A DNA stretch of 64,000 bases, taken from the NCBI GenBank assembly GCA_040767085.1, contig JAXGPF010000006.1:307947-371946 (forward strand), in the 5' to 3' direction. Below the pieces are notes generated by a model. It was given only the letters and a program-made list of their open reading frames with translations, made no database searches and was not told the origin of the DNA. The DNA is from Kiritimatiellia bacterium. Lineage in GTDB: Bacteria > Verrucomicrobiota > Kiritimatiellia > JAAZAB01. Shown here piece by piece: positions 50,465 to 60,132 of this stretch. How positions within the stretch are numbered: the first letter of the stretch is position 1; each line of letters opens with the position of its first letter. A program made the position numbers and the translations under genes.

Positions 50465-52180
50465 TTAGTATTCCGGCGCGGCGGATTCCCGCGCCAATTT
50501 TTCACGGAATGCCGCCAGCGGGCAGGCGCCTTCGTCGCCCGCCGCGCGGCTGCGCACTGATACCTGGCCGGCGGCAGCCTCGCGCGGGCCGGCCACCAGC
50601 ATGTAGGGTATCTTGTCCACCTGGGCGTTGCGGATCTTCGCGCCGATTTTACCGGCGCTGCCGTCCACCGTCACCCGCGCGCCAGCGGCCAGCAAAGCGT
50701 CCGCCACCTGGCGGGCGTAATCGAGCTGCTGATCGGTCAAAGGCAGTACGCGCACCTGCTCCGGCGCCAGCCAGAGCGGGAAAGCGCCCTTGTAGTGTTC
50801 CGTCAAAATCCCGAAAAACCGCTCGAGACTGCCCAGCAGCGCCCGGTGGATCATGTACGGGCGGTGCGCCTTGCCGTCTTCGGCAATGTAGGACATATCA
50901 AACCGCTCGGGCAGGTTGAAATCGAATTGCACCGTGCTTAATTGCCAGGCGCGGCCGATGGCATCCTGGATTTTCAAATCCACCTTGGGCCCGTAAAAAG
51001 CCCCGCCGCCTTCGTCCCGCTGGTAATCCACCTGCAATTCCCGCAAGGCCTGCTCCAGCGCCGCCGTGGCCTGCGCCCAGTTTTCCGGCGCGCCGACGGC
51101 TTTGGCCGGCCGGGTGGCCAGGTAGGCGGAAATGTCGGTGAAGCCGAAGGCGCGCAGGATGCGCATGGCAAAGTCCAGGGTGCGCTTGATTTCCGCCGCC
51201 ATCTGGCCGGGCGTGCAGAAGATATGCGCGTCATCCTGGGTGAAACCCCGCACCCGCAGCAGGCCGTGCAACACGCCGGCCTTTTCATAGCGATACACCG
51301 TACCCAGTTCGGCCCAGCGCAGGGGCAATTCGCGGTAGGAACGCTTGGCGGATTTGTATACCTGGATATGGAACGGGCAGTTCATGGGCTTGAGGTAATA
51401 GGCCGCATTGTCGATTTCCATCGCGGCGTACATGCTTTCGCGGTAGAAATCCAGGTGGCCCGAGGTTTCCCACAGGTTGGCCCGCCCGATATGCGGCGTG
51501 TAGAGCAGTTCGTAGCCGCCGCGCAAATGCGCCTGCCGCCAGAAATCCTCGATCACCACGCGGATCCGCGCGCCGCGCGGATGCCAATGAATCAGGCCGG
51601 GGCCGACCAGTTCCTGCGCGCTGAACAGGTCGAGTTCCCGACCGAGCTTGCGGTGATCCCGCTGCTTGGCCTCTTCCAACCGCTGCAGAATGGTCTGCAG
51701 GGCGGCGGCATCCGCGGCCGCCGCGCCGTAAACCCGCTGGAGCATGGGATTGGTTTCCAACCCGCGGTAATACGAGCCGGCCACCGTCAGCAACTTGAAC
51801 GCCTTGATCTGGCTGGACCGCTCAACGTGGGGGCCGCGGCAAAGATCGCGGAAATCGCCGCAACGGTAGAAGGTGATGTTTTCGTCCGCCGGGATATCCG
51901 CCAGGCGCGCCAGCTTGTAAGGCTGATCGCGCAGCATTTCCTCGGCTTGCGCGCGGGAAACTTCCAGCCGTTCGAACGGCAGGTCCGCCGCAATGATCCG
52001 GGCCATTTCCGCCTCGATCGCCGGGAAATCCTCCGGCGTCAGCCGGTGCTCCAGATCGAAATCGTAATAAAAACCATCGTCCGTGGCCGGGCCGATGTCC
52101 AGGCAGACTTTGCCGAACAGCCGGCAGACCGCCGCCGCCATGACATGCGCCGCGCTATGGCGCATTTTTTCCAGTTCCAA
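50465..52180 (-). CDS. thrS: Threonine--tRNA ligase (no N-terminal TGS domain)
   Basis: HSAAHVMA, DLCRGPH, RDHRKLG, KPMNCPFH, RVRGFTQDDAH, FYGPK, IHRALLGSLERF; TTG start with GGAGG RBS. Confidence 0.98.
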   Translation of the reverse strand: MELEKMRHSAAHVMAAAVCRLFGKVCLDIGPATDDGFYYDFDLEHRLTPEDFPAIEAEMARIIAADLPFERLEVSRAQAEEMLRDQPYKLARLADIPADENITFYRCGDFRDLCRGPHVERSSQIKAFKLLTVAGSYYRGLETNPMLQRVYGAAAADAAALQTILQRLEEAKQRDHRKLGRELDLFSAQELVGPGLIHWHPRGARIRVVIEDFWRQAHLRGGYELLYTPHIGRANLWETSGHLDFYRESMYAAMEIDNAAYYLKPMNCPFHIQVYKSAKRSYRELPLRWAELGTVYRYEKAGVLHGLLRVRGFTQDDAHIFCTPGQMAAEIKRTLDFAMRILRAFGFTDISAYLATRPAKAVGAPENWAQATAALEQALRELQVDYQRDEGGGAFYGPKVDLKIQDAIGRAWQLSTVQFDFNLPERFDMSYIAEDGKAHRPYMIHRALLGSLERFFGILTEHYKGAFPLWLAPEQVRVLPLTDQQLDYARQVADALLAAGARVTVDGSAGKIGAKIRNAQVDKIPYMLVAGPREAAAGQVSVRSRAAGDEGACPLAAFREKLARESAAPEY

Positions 52181-52239
52181 ATTATGCCCCTCCCCGAATC
52201 CCAGGGCCGTCGCCGGCCGGTTTTGTTTCTTGGGCGTAA

Positions 52240-52268
52240 AATCTAGCCTTTTTCCCCAACCTTGTCAA
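52240..52268 (-). promoter_or_regulatory. Putative sigma70 promoter of thrS-infC
   Basis: Minus strand TTGACA (52268-63), 17-nt spacer, TAGATT (52245-40). Confidence 0.6.
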
Positions 52269-52389
52269 TCATCGGCACGCCGACAGCCGGCGCGCAGGGC
52301 TGCATCTTTTGCGCTTTATTTTCCGCAACCTTGTGTTATGATCGGTCAAACCATGGCAAATAGCGCGTTTTTGCGCCGGAGAGCTTGAT

Positions 52390-52845
52390 ATGCGATGCCC
52401 GAAATGCGGCCACCTGAATGACAAGGTCATTGACAGCCGCGCGGCGCGGGACGGCGCGTCCATCCGGCGCCGGCGCATCTGCCTGCAATGCGGACACCGG
52501 TTCACCACCTACGAGGAAATTATCAAGGCCAGTTTGCGGGTGTTGAAACGGGACGGCCGCTCGGAAGAGTTCGACCGGCAAAAGCTGCTGAGCGGCATCG
52601 CGCGCGCCTGTCAGAAGCGCTCGGTGACCATGGAACAGATGGAAGAAATGGTCAATTCCATCATTAACGAGCTGGACAGCGAATATGACCGCGACGTGCC
52701 CAGCACGGCCATCGGGGAAAAAGTCATGGAACGCCTGGAAAACCTGGATGAAGTCGCCTACGTGCGTTTCGCCTCGGTGTATCGCCAGTTCAAGGACGTC
52801 AATCAATTTCTAACTGAAATCAGGGGATTAGTCAGCCGCGAATGA
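52390..52845 (+). CDS. nrdR: Transcriptional repressor NrdR
   Basis: MRCPKC...VIDSR...IRRRRIC..C..RFTTYE, ATP cone, EVAYVRFASVY. Confidence 0.98.
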   Translation: MRCPKCGHLNDKVIDSRAARDGASIRRRRICLQCGHRFTTYEEIIKASLRVLKRDGRSEEFDRQKLLSGIARACQKRSVTMEQMEEMVNSIINELDSEYDRDVPSTAIGEKVMERLENLDEVAYVRFASVYRQFKDVNQFLTEIRGLVSRE

Positions 52846-53552
52846 TCTGGAATTGTACAAACGATCCGCCCGCCGACCCGCTGGTGAAACACATCCAGGC
52901 TGAATTGGCGGCCGCCGGCATTGTCCACCCCGGCGCCGCCGCCGGTGAAGCGCCCCGGCATGCGGCGGCGGCGGAAGCGGTGGCGGCATTCCTGCGGCAG
53001 GAAGGCCGCACCGCCGTCGCCTCGGAGTACCTGCTGATGCTGACGGCGCGCGCGCTGTGGGCTGTGGGGGACGAACACGCCGCCCGCCGCCTGGTGGATG
53101 CCGTGGGGCGGCCGCTGGATTTTTCCCGGCATTACGCCGACGCCGCCTGCGCCGCCGGTGTGACTTTGGACGATTGGGCGTTTTTTTTCACTTCGCGGGC
53201 AGTGCGGCCGGCGGAATTCCCCAGCCTGGGCGGCGGCACTCTATGGATTCTGGATATGGCCAAGCTGGTGCCGGCACGAACGCCCGGGCTGGAACTGGCC
53301 GTCCTGCGCGCCATGCAAACCGCCCTGACACGCCTGGCGGACGTCTGGGACGGCGCCCACGGCAAGGGCCTGCTGGGATTAAGCCGGCTGCGCCAGGCGG
53401 CCGGCCTGATCCTGGATGCGCCGCCCGCTGCGCGCAAATCCCGGCGGCTGGCGGCGGAACTGACCCGGCATTGCTGGGCCAGCCTGGAAATCCTGAAAAC
53501 CCGCCGCGGCTGGACTGACCAGCCGGGGCTGATCAGCCTTGATTTGTATTAG
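52842..53552 (+). CDS. Hypothetical protein translationally coupled to nrdR
   Basis: ATGA overlap with nrdR; fills the gap to the amidase gene; no motif recognised. Confidence 0.65.
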   Translation: MIWNCTNDPPADPLVKHIQAELAAAGIVHPGAAAGEAPRHAAAAEAVAAFLRQEGRTAVASEYLLMLTARALWAVGDEHAARRLVDAVGRPLDFSRHYADAACAAGVTLDDWAFFFTSRAVRPAEFPSLGGGTLWILDMAKLVPARTPGLELAVLRAMQTALTRLADVWDGAHGKGLLGLSRLRQAAGLILDAPPAARKSRRLAAELTRHCWASLEILKTRRGWTDQPGLISLDLY

Positions 53553-53574
53553 CGCCAACCATATGCATGACGGC

Positions 53575-54216
53575 ATGTCAAATCTATCGGCCGGACGCAA
53601 CGCCGGCCGGCGGTCATTCCTCAAAGCCGCCCTGGCGGCGGCCGCCTGGGCTGGAATGCGCCGTCTCGCGCCGGCCTGTCCGCCCGCGCCGCCGCCGGCC
53701 AGTTCCACCGCCCTGCTGCCGGGCGTGGAAGTTTTCCCCCGGCATGCCTGGACCTGGTTCAATCCGCGCCCGGCCCGGATGCGGCCGGCCTACGATTACA
53801 CCCGCCTCACCGTGCACCATGCCGGCAACGGCGTGAACACCCGCACCGGCTGGGATGACGCCATTTTCGATCTCAACGGCGTCCTGGAGGCGCATCTGCA
53901 GAACCGCTTCGGCGATATCGCCTACCATTTCGTCATTGATTATGCCGGCCGTATCTGGGCGGGCCGGCCATTGTGTTATGCCGGCGCGCATGTCTCCGGT
54001 TTCAACGAAAACAACCTGGGGGTCATGCTGCTGGGAAATTTCGAGGAACAGCGCCCATCGCCGGCCCAGATACAAGCGCTCTGCGGCTTGATCAAGGGCG
54101 CCCAAAGCACCTGGCCCATTCCCGCCGCTTCCGTTTTTGGCCACCGCGACCTGGGCCGCAGTTTATGCCCCGGCGCCAACCTTTACCCGCTCCTGCCATA
54201 CTGCAAAAGCACATGA
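53575..54216 (+). CDS. Tat-exported N-acetylmuramoyl-L-alanine amidase (Amidase_2/PGRP-like)
   Basis: GRRSFLK twin-arginine motif; TVHHAG, DIAYHFVID, GAH, GNF, GHRD...CPG. Start 53563 or 53575. Confidence 0.88.
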   Translation: MSNLSAGRNAGRRSFLKAALAAAAWAGMRRLAPACPPAPPPASSTALLPGVEVFPRHAWTWFNPRPARMRPAYDYTRLTVHHAGNGVNTRTGWDDAIFDLNGVLEAHLQNRFGDIAYHFVIDYAGRIWAGRPLCYAGAHVSGFNENNLGVMLLGNFEEQRPSPAQIQALCGLIKGAQSTWPIPAASVFGHRDLGRSLCPGANLYPLLPYCKST

Positions 54217-55487
54217 CCGCCATGAAAAACAACGCCCCCCGCCCGACTGCGGACACCGCCGCCCGCCCGCGCCGCTGCCGCGTCACCCATGCCAGGTTCG
54301 ATTCGATCGAAGAGGTGTTGAAAGACATCCGCCGCGGGGCGATGGTGGTGATCGTGGACGATGAATGCCGGGAAAACGAAGGCGATCTTGTGATGGCCGC
54401 CGCCAAGACCACCCCGCGCGCCATCAACTTCATGGCGACCCATGGCCGCGGCCTGATCTGCGTCGCCCTGACCGGCGAACGCCTGGCGCAATTACAGCTC
54501 AAACGGATGACCTCCGCCCGGGAGCCTGACCGGCTGCGCACGGCTTTCATGGAATCCGTGGACGCCCGGCAGGGCGTGACCACCGGCATCAGCGCCTATG
54601 ACCGGGCGCGCACGATCAAGGCGCTGGTGGACGAAAAGACCGCGCCGGCCGACCTGGCCAGCCCCGGCCATATCTTTCCCCTGGCAGCCCGCGAAGGCGG
54701 CGTGCTGCAGCGCGCCGGCCACACCGAGGCGTCCGTGGACCTCGCGCGCCTGGCCGGGCTGCCGCCCGCGGGGGTGATCTGCGAAATCATGCGCCTGGAC
54801 GGCCGCATGGCCCGGCTGCCGGATCTCCAGGCGTTTGCCCGGCGCCACCGCCTCAAAATCACCTCCGTGGCCGACCTGATCGCTTACCGGCGCCGGCGCG
54901 AGAAGCTGGTGGAATGCGTGCACTCCGTCACATTGCCCACGCCTTACGGCATCTTCCAGCTCAAGCTCTACCGGTCGCTGACCAATACGGAAACCCACAT
55001 GGCGCTGGTCATGGGCGAGCCGGCGCGCCAGAAATCCGCCCTGGTGCGCGTTCACAGCGAATGCCTGACCGGCGATGTCTTCGGATCGCTGCGCTGCGAT
55101 TGCGGGCAGCAGCTCCATGCCGCCATGCGCCAGATCGCCGCGGAAAAGCACGGCGCCATACTGTATATGCGCCAGGAGGGCCGGGGCATCGGTTTGGAGA
55201 AAAAAATCCACGCCTACGCGCTCCAGGAGGCCGGCCTGGACACCGTACAGGCCAACCAGCGCCTGGGTTTTGCGGCCGATTTGCGCGATTACGGGTTCGG
55301 CGCCCAGATTCTTTCCGATTTGGGCTTGCAAAATATCCGGCTGATGACCAATAATCCCCGCAAAGTCATCGGACTCGAGGGATACGGCATCCGGATCGTC
55401 GAGCGCATCCCCGTCGTGCTGCCGGCGAATAATTTCAACCGCCGGTATCTGAACACGAAACGCCGTAAAATGGGACATTGGTTGTAA
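54213..55487 (+). CDS. ribBA: Bifunctional DHBP synthase / GTP cyclohydrolase II
   Basis: DDECRENEGDL, TTGISAYDR, RAGHTE, RVHSECLTGDVFGSLRCDCG, QEGRGIGL, TNNPRK. Confidence 0.97.
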   Translation: MTAMKNNAPRPTADTAARPRRCRVTHARFDSIEEVLKDIRRGAMVVIVDDECRENEGDLVMAAAKTTPRAINFMATHGRGLICVALTGERLAQLQLKRMTSAREPDRLRTAFMESVDARQGVTTGISAYDRARTIKALVDEKTAPADLASPGHIFPLAAREGGVLQRAGHTEASVDLARLAGLPPAGVICEIMRLDGRMARLPDLQAFARRHRLKITSVADLIAYRRRREKLVECVHSVTLPTPYGIFQLKLYRSLTNTETHMALVMGEPARQKSALVRVHSECLTGDVFGSLRCDCGQQLHAAMRQIAAEKHGAILYMRQEGRGIGLEKKIHAYALQEAGLDTVQANQRLGFAADLRDYGFGAQILSDLGLQNIRLMTNNPRKVIGLEGYGIRIVERIPVVLPANNFNRRYLNTKRRKMGHWL

Positions 55488-55515
55488 GCGGACAATCATC
55501 ACAGGAGATCATAAG

Positions 55516-55992
55516 ATGCAAATCAAGGAAATCAGCGCCGAACTGACCGCGCGGCAATTGCGCTTCGGCATCGTCATCAGCCGGTTCAACGACATGTTCA
55601 CCACCCAGCTCCTGCGCGGCGCGCTGGACTGCCTGCGGCGGCACGGCGCCGCGGATGACGCCATCACCGTTGTCTGGGTGCCGGGGGCGTTCGAAATCCC
55701 CCTGGCGATCCAGCAACTGGCCCGCGGCGGGAAATACGACGCCCTGATCGCCATCGGCGCGGTCATCCAGGGCGCCACGCCGCATGCCGGGCTGATCGGC
55801 AGCCAGGTGACGCGCGCGCTGGCCCAGATCGCCCTCAAGGAAAACATCCCGGTGGCGGACGGCATCGTCGCCGCCGAAAACCTGGAGCAGGCCATCGAAC
55901 GCTCCGGCACCAAGGCCGGTAACCGTGGTTGGAATGCCGCCCTGACCGCCATCGAAATGGCAGGTCTCTGCCGCCAGCTGGCAGGCAAATAA
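55516..55992 (+). CDS. ribH: 6,7-dimethyl-8-ribityllumazine synthase
   Basis: SRFN, VPGAFEIP, GAVIQGATPH, QAIERSGTKAGN.G. Confidence 0.97.
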   Translation: MQIKEISAELTARQLRFGIVISRFNDMFTTQLLRGALDCLRRHGAADDAITVVWVPGAFEIPLAIQQLARGGKYDALIAIGAVIQGATPHAGLIGSQVTRALAQIALKENIPVADGIVAAENLEQAIERSGTKAGNRGWNAALTAIEMAGLCRQLAGK

Positions 55993-56039
55993 TCCGGCGG
56001 CCGCCCGCGCTGAACACCATCCAGGGCTGAGGAATTCTT

Positions 56040-56456
56040 ATGGCAACCCGTCATGCCGCGCGCGCTTGGGCCATGCAGGTGCTTTTTTCCATCGACTTCA
56101 ATCCCCTGACGCCGGACCAGGCGCTGGCCCTGTTCTGGAAGCAACAGACGGCGGACGAAAAGTCGCAGCGGTTCACCGGCGAACTGGTGCGCGGCGTAGT
56201 CGCTCACCGCGACGAACTGGACGGCCTGATCCGCCAGCATGCCGCCAACTGGGATTTACAGCGGATCAACGCCGTGGACCGCAGCATCCTGCGCATCGCC
56301 CTGTTCGAAATGCGCCACCGGCCGGATATCCCGCCCATCGTTTCCATCAACGAGGCGGTGGACCTCGCCAAACGGTTCAGCGGCGGCGAATCGGGCAAAT
56401 TCGTCAACGGCATCCTCGACCAGGCGCGGCTCAGTATGACCGCGGCGGCAACATGA
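56040..56456 (+). CDS. nusB: Transcription antitermination factor NusB
   Basis: R..AR..AMQ.LF, W...RI..VDR.ILR, VSINEAV.LAK.F, FVNGILD. Confidence 0.96.
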   Translation: MATRHAARAWAMQVLFSIDFNPLTPDQALALFWKQQTADEKSQRFTGELVRGVVAHRDELDGLIRQHAANWDLQRINAVDRSILRIALFEMRHRPDIPPIVSINEAVDLAKRFSGGESGKFVNGILDQARLSMTAAAT

Positions 56457-56472
56457 CCGCGGAGGGCGACCG

Positions 56473-57636
56473 ATGAACAATCCCTGTTTGGCTGCGCCAG
56501 CCGGGGAGCGCCTCTGCCGGATGCAACGCGCGCTGGCGCTGGCGCGGCGCGGCGAAGGGCTCACCCGGCCGAACCCGCCCGTCGGCGCCCTGGTAGTCAA
56601 ACGCGGCCGGGAAGTCGGCTCCGGCTGGCACCGGGGCGCCGGCGCCCCGCACGCGGAAGCGCTGGCCTTGTCCGCCGCCGGCGCCCAGGCCCGCGGCGGA
56701 ACGCTCTACGTAACCCTGGAACCCTGCTGCACCCAGGGGCGCACCCCGCCCTGCACCCGGGCCATCATTGCCGCCGGTGTCAAAACAGTGGTTGCCGCCA
56801 TCCGCGATCCCAATCCGCGGCATCGCGGCCGCGGCTTCCGACAATTGCGCCAGGCGGGCATTGAAGTGATCGAAGACGTGGGCCGCGAAGAAGCCCGGGA
56901 ATTAATCACTCCCTTCGCCAAGTGGATCGCCCGGAGCCGGCCCTACCTGACCCTGAAACTCGCCATGACGCTGGACGGCAAAATCGCCGATCGCCGCGGA
57001 CAATCCAAATGGATCACAAGTCCAGCCGCCCGGCGCGAAGCCCACGCCTTGCGCCGGCGCGCGGATGCGATCCTGGTGGGCGCCGGGACGGCCCGCGCGG
57101 ACAATCCAAGCCTGTTTCCCAGGCCAGACCATGGCCGCCGGCCATGGCGCGTGGTCGTTGACAGCCGCGGCACTCTGGCCAGCCGCTGCCAGGTGCTGGA
57201 GCCGCCTGGCGCCGCCCGGACCATCATGGCCACCACCCGGCATTGTCCGGAAAAAATCCGCGCCGGCTGGCAGGCGGCCGGCGCGCAGGTCTGGGTGCTG
57301 CCACCGGCCGGCGGCCGGGTATCCCTGCCGGCGCTGTTCCGCCGGCTTGGCGCCATGGGCTTGCTCCATGTCGTTTGCGAAGGCGGCGGCGAACTGGCGG
57401 CCGCCCTGATCCGCGCCCGCCTGGTGGATGAATACCGGTTTTTCGTCGCGCCGCGCATCCTGGGCGGCAAAACCGCTCCCGGCGCCGCGGGCGGCCCGGG
57501 CTGGCCCCTGCCATCGGCCCCGGAACTGGTTTTCATTGAATGCCGGCGGATCGGCCGGGACCTGATGATCAAGGCCCGCCCCGCTTGCTCCCTTGCAGCC
57601 AGAATGGCAAGCGGAAAAATTAAACGGAAAAATTAA
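56473..57636 (+). CDS. ribD: Bifunctional riboflavin deaminase/reductase
   Basis: PNPPVGA, HAE, VTLEPC...RTPPC, K.AMTLDG, SKWIT, DNPSL, EGGG. Confidence 0.97.
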   Translation: MNNPCLAAPAGERLCRMQRALALARRGEGLTRPNPPVGALVVKRGREVGSGWHRGAGAPHAEALALSAAGAQARGGTLYVTLEPCCTQGRTPPCTRAIIAAGVKTVVAAIRDPNPRHRGRGFRQLRQAGIEVIEDVGREEARELITPFAKWIARSRPYLTLKLAMTLDGKIADRRGQSKWITSPAARREAHALRRRADAILVGAGTARADNPSLFPRPDHGRRPWRVVVDSRGTLASRCQVLEPPGAARTIMATTRHCPEKIRAGWQAAGAQVWVLPPAGGRVSLPALFRRLGAMGLLHVVCEGGGELAAALIRARLVDEYRFFVAPRILGGKTAPGAAGGPGWPLPSAPELVFIECRRIGRDLMIKARPACSLAARMASGKIKRKN

Positions 57637-57704
57637 AAGGTGGACTTATTTCGCGTTTTCTGATATAAGACCGCAACTTTTTCAGCCATACCAGCAGCAA
57701 CGGA

Positions 57705-58457
57705 ATGACAGGCATGGAACAATTCAAAGATAAAATCGTCCTCGTGACCGGCGCCGCCCGCGGGCTGGGTCGGGCAATTGCCGAAAAATTCGCCGGCCAG
57801 GGCGCGCATGTCGCAGTCTGCGATTTGAACCGCGAATGGCTGGCTGACACGGAAACAGCTATTACCGGCTTGGGCCGCCAGGCCCTGGCGCTGGCAGCGG
57901 ATGTCAGTAATCCCGCGCATGTGCAAGCGGCTCTGGATGCAGTAGTTAAGCAATTCGGACGGCTCGACGTCATGGTCAACAACGCCGGCATCACCAAGGA
58001 TGGGTTCCTGGTGCGTATGTCGGAAGCCGATTGGGATGCAGTCATCAATATCAATCTCAAGGGCACATTCCTCTTCACCAAGCAGGCGGCCAAGGTCATG
58101 ATGAAGCAGAGATCCGGCGCTATCGTGAACGTGGCTTCGATCATCGGGTTGATCGGCAATGCGGGCCAGGCCAATTACGGCGCCTCCAAGGCGGGTGTGA
58201 TTGCCCTGACCAAATCCGCCGCCAAGGAACTGGCGTCGCGCAATATCCGAGTCAACGCCGTTGCGCCCGGCTTCATCGAAACCAAAATGACGGAAGTGCT
58301 GCCGGAAGAAATCCGGCAGAAAATGCTGGCAGCCATCCCGCTGGGCAGGTTTGGCCGGCCGGAAGATGTGGCAAACGTGGTGCTGTTCCTGGCGAGCCAG
58401 GACGCGGCCTATATGACGGGCCAGGTCCTGACCATCAGCGGCGGCATGGTAATGTAG
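57705..58457 (+). CDS. fabG: 3-oxoacyl-ACP reductase
   Basis: [38 protein letters not shown]; precedes acpP. Start 57705 or 57714. Confidence 0.96.
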   Translation: MTGMEQFKDKIVLVTGAARGLGRAIAEKFAGQGAHVAVCDLNREWLADTETAITGLGRQALALAADVSNPAHVQAALDAVVKQFGRLDVMVNNAGITKDGFLVRMSEADWDAVININLKGTFLFTKQAAKVMMKQRSGAIVNVASIIGLIGNAGQANYGASKAGVIALTKSAAKELASRNIRVNAVAPGFIETKMTEVLPEEIRQKMLAAIPLGRFGRPEDVANVVLFLASQDAAYMTGQVLTISGGMVM

Positions 58458-58478
58458 CATAACAAACAGGAGGATCGC

Positions 58479-58718
58479 ATGGCTTTAGAAGATAAAGTCC
58501 GGGACATTATTGTGGAAAATCTTGGAGTTAACGCCGAACAGGTTACTCCGGAAGCTTCTTTTGTGGAAGATCTTGGCGCCGATTCGCTGGATACCGTCGA
58601 ATTGGTCATGGCGTTTGAAGAAGAATTCGGGGCCGAAATTCCCGACGAAGACGCCGAAAAGCTGACCACGGTCGGCGCAGTGATCAATTATCTCAAGGAA
58701 AAAGGCTTGGGCGAGTAA
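58479..58718 (+). CDS. acpP: Acyl carrier protein
   Basis: [29 protein letters not shown]. Confidence 0.98.
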   Translation: MALEDKVRDIIVENLGVNAEQVTPEASFVEDLGADSLDTVELVMAFEEEFGAEIPDEDAEKLTTVGAVINYLKEKGLGE

Positions 58719-58735
58719 TCTGACCAGCCAGCAAG

Positions 58736-58770
58736 GCCGGGAATGGCGCCGCCCTTCCCGGCTTTTTTTT
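58736..58770 (+). terminator. Rho-independent terminator after acpP
   Basis: 8-bp stem gccgggaa/ttcccggc followed by T8. Confidence 0.8.
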
Positions 58771-58787
58771 AACATGGGATGGTTGTT

Positions 58788-60023
58788 ATGCGGAAAGTTG
58801 TTGTCACCGGTCTCGGCGTGGTCAGCCCGCTAGGCAGTCAGTTGGATGTCTTCTGGAAACGCAACCTGAATGGCGTCTCCGGCATCCGCCGGGTGCAGCA
58901 GTTTGACTGTTCGCCTTATCAGTCGCAAATCGGCGGCGAGGTTATCGAATTCAACGCGGACGAGTTCCTCTCCAAAAAGGACCAGCGCCGCAGCGACCGA
59001 TACAGCCATTTCGCCATCGCCGCCGCCAAAATGGCGGTGACGGATGCCGGGCTGGATTGGGCCAAGGAAGACCCGACGCGCGGCGGTGTCATCGTCGGCT
59101 CCGGCATCGGCGGGTTGCAGACCCTGCAAACCCAGCATTCCATTTTACGCGACAAGGGCCCTTCCCGCTGCAGCCCTTTCATGATTCCGCAGATGATCAG
59201 CAATATGGCGGCCGGCCTGATTGCCATCGAGCACCAGCTCAAAGGCCCGAATTTTGCCGTCGTCACCGCCTGCGCCACCGCCGCCCATGCCTTGGGCTGC
59301 GCCATGCAGAACATCAAGCTCGGCGAAGCCGAGATCATGCTGGCTGGCGGCGCCGATGCCTGCCTCTGCGACCTGGGCTACGCCGGATTCTGCGCCCTGC
59401 GCGCCCTCAGCACCCGCAACGACTCCCCGCAACAGGCCAGCCGCCCGTTTGACGCCGAACGCGATGGGTTTGTCATGGCCGAGGGCGCCGGGATCGTCGT
59501 GCTGGAGGAACTGGAACACGCCCGGCGCCGCGGCGCCCGGATTTACTGCGAATTGGCCGGCTACGGCGCCACCTGCGACGCTTTCCATGAAACCGCGCCG
59601 GAAGAAAGCGGCGATGGCGGCGCCCGCGCCATGCGCCTGGCCATCCAAAGCGCCGGCGCCAGGGCCGAAGATGTGGATTACATCAACGCCCACGGCACCA
59701 GCACCAAGCTCAACGATGCCTGCGAAACGCGCGCCATCAAGTCCGCCCTCGGCGAGCATGCCCGCCGCGTGATGATCAGTTCCACCAAGTCCATGACCGG
59801 CCACCTGCTGGGCGCCGCCGGCGGCGTGGAGGCCGCGATTTGCGCCCTGGCTATCCAGCACCAGGCCGTGCCGCCGACCATCAACTACACCACGCCCGAT
59901 CCGGTATGCGACCTGGATTACGTGCCCAACACTGCGCGCGAAGCGCCGGGCCTGCAATTCGTGCTGAGCAATTCGCTCGGGTTCGGCGGCCATAACGCCA
60001 CGCTGGCTTTCCGCGCCGTTTAA
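58788..60023 (+). CDS. fabF: Beta-ketoacyl-ACP synthase II
   Basis: VVVTGLG, TACAT (catalytic Cys), SRPFD..RDGFV..EG, INAHGTST, KSMTGHLLGA, NSLGFGGHN. Confidence 0.97.
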   Translation: MRKVVVTGLGVVSPLGSQLDVFWKRNLNGVSGIRRVQQFDCSPYQSQIGGEVIEFNADEFLSKKDQRRSDRYSHFAIAAAKMAVTDAGLDWAKEDPTRGGVIVGSGIGGLQTLQTQHSILRDKGPSRCSPFMIPQMISNMAAGLIAIEHQLKGPNFAVVTACATAAHALGCAMQNIKLGEAEIMLAGGADACLCDLGYAGFCALRALSTRNDSPQQASRPFDAERDGFVMAEGAGIVVLEELEHARRRGARIYCELAGYGATCDAFHETAPEESGDGGARAMRLAIQSAGARAEDVDYINAHGTSTKLNDACETRAIKSALGEHARRVMISSTKSMTGHLLGAAGGVEAAICALAIQHQAVPPTINYTTPDPVCDLDYVPNTAREAPGLQFVLSNSLGFGGHNATLAFRAV

Positions 60024-60132
60024 AAACCGCGCCGCGCGGCCAGCTTTAACCCGGCGCCCCATGTTCCGCCGGCCGGAACCGACCGTGCGCGGACGGCCAG
60101 GGCAAGCCTGTCATGAAAGGAAGGCATTCCGG

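Noticed and set aside
52181-52389. T-box or other riboswitch upstream of thrS
   Set aside because: The leader between the predicted promoter and the start is only ~55 nt, with no T-box consensus.
52270-54212. FMN riboswitch ahead of the rib genes
   Set aside because: No intergenic space before ribBA, and no FMN aptamer consensus seen upstream of nrdR.
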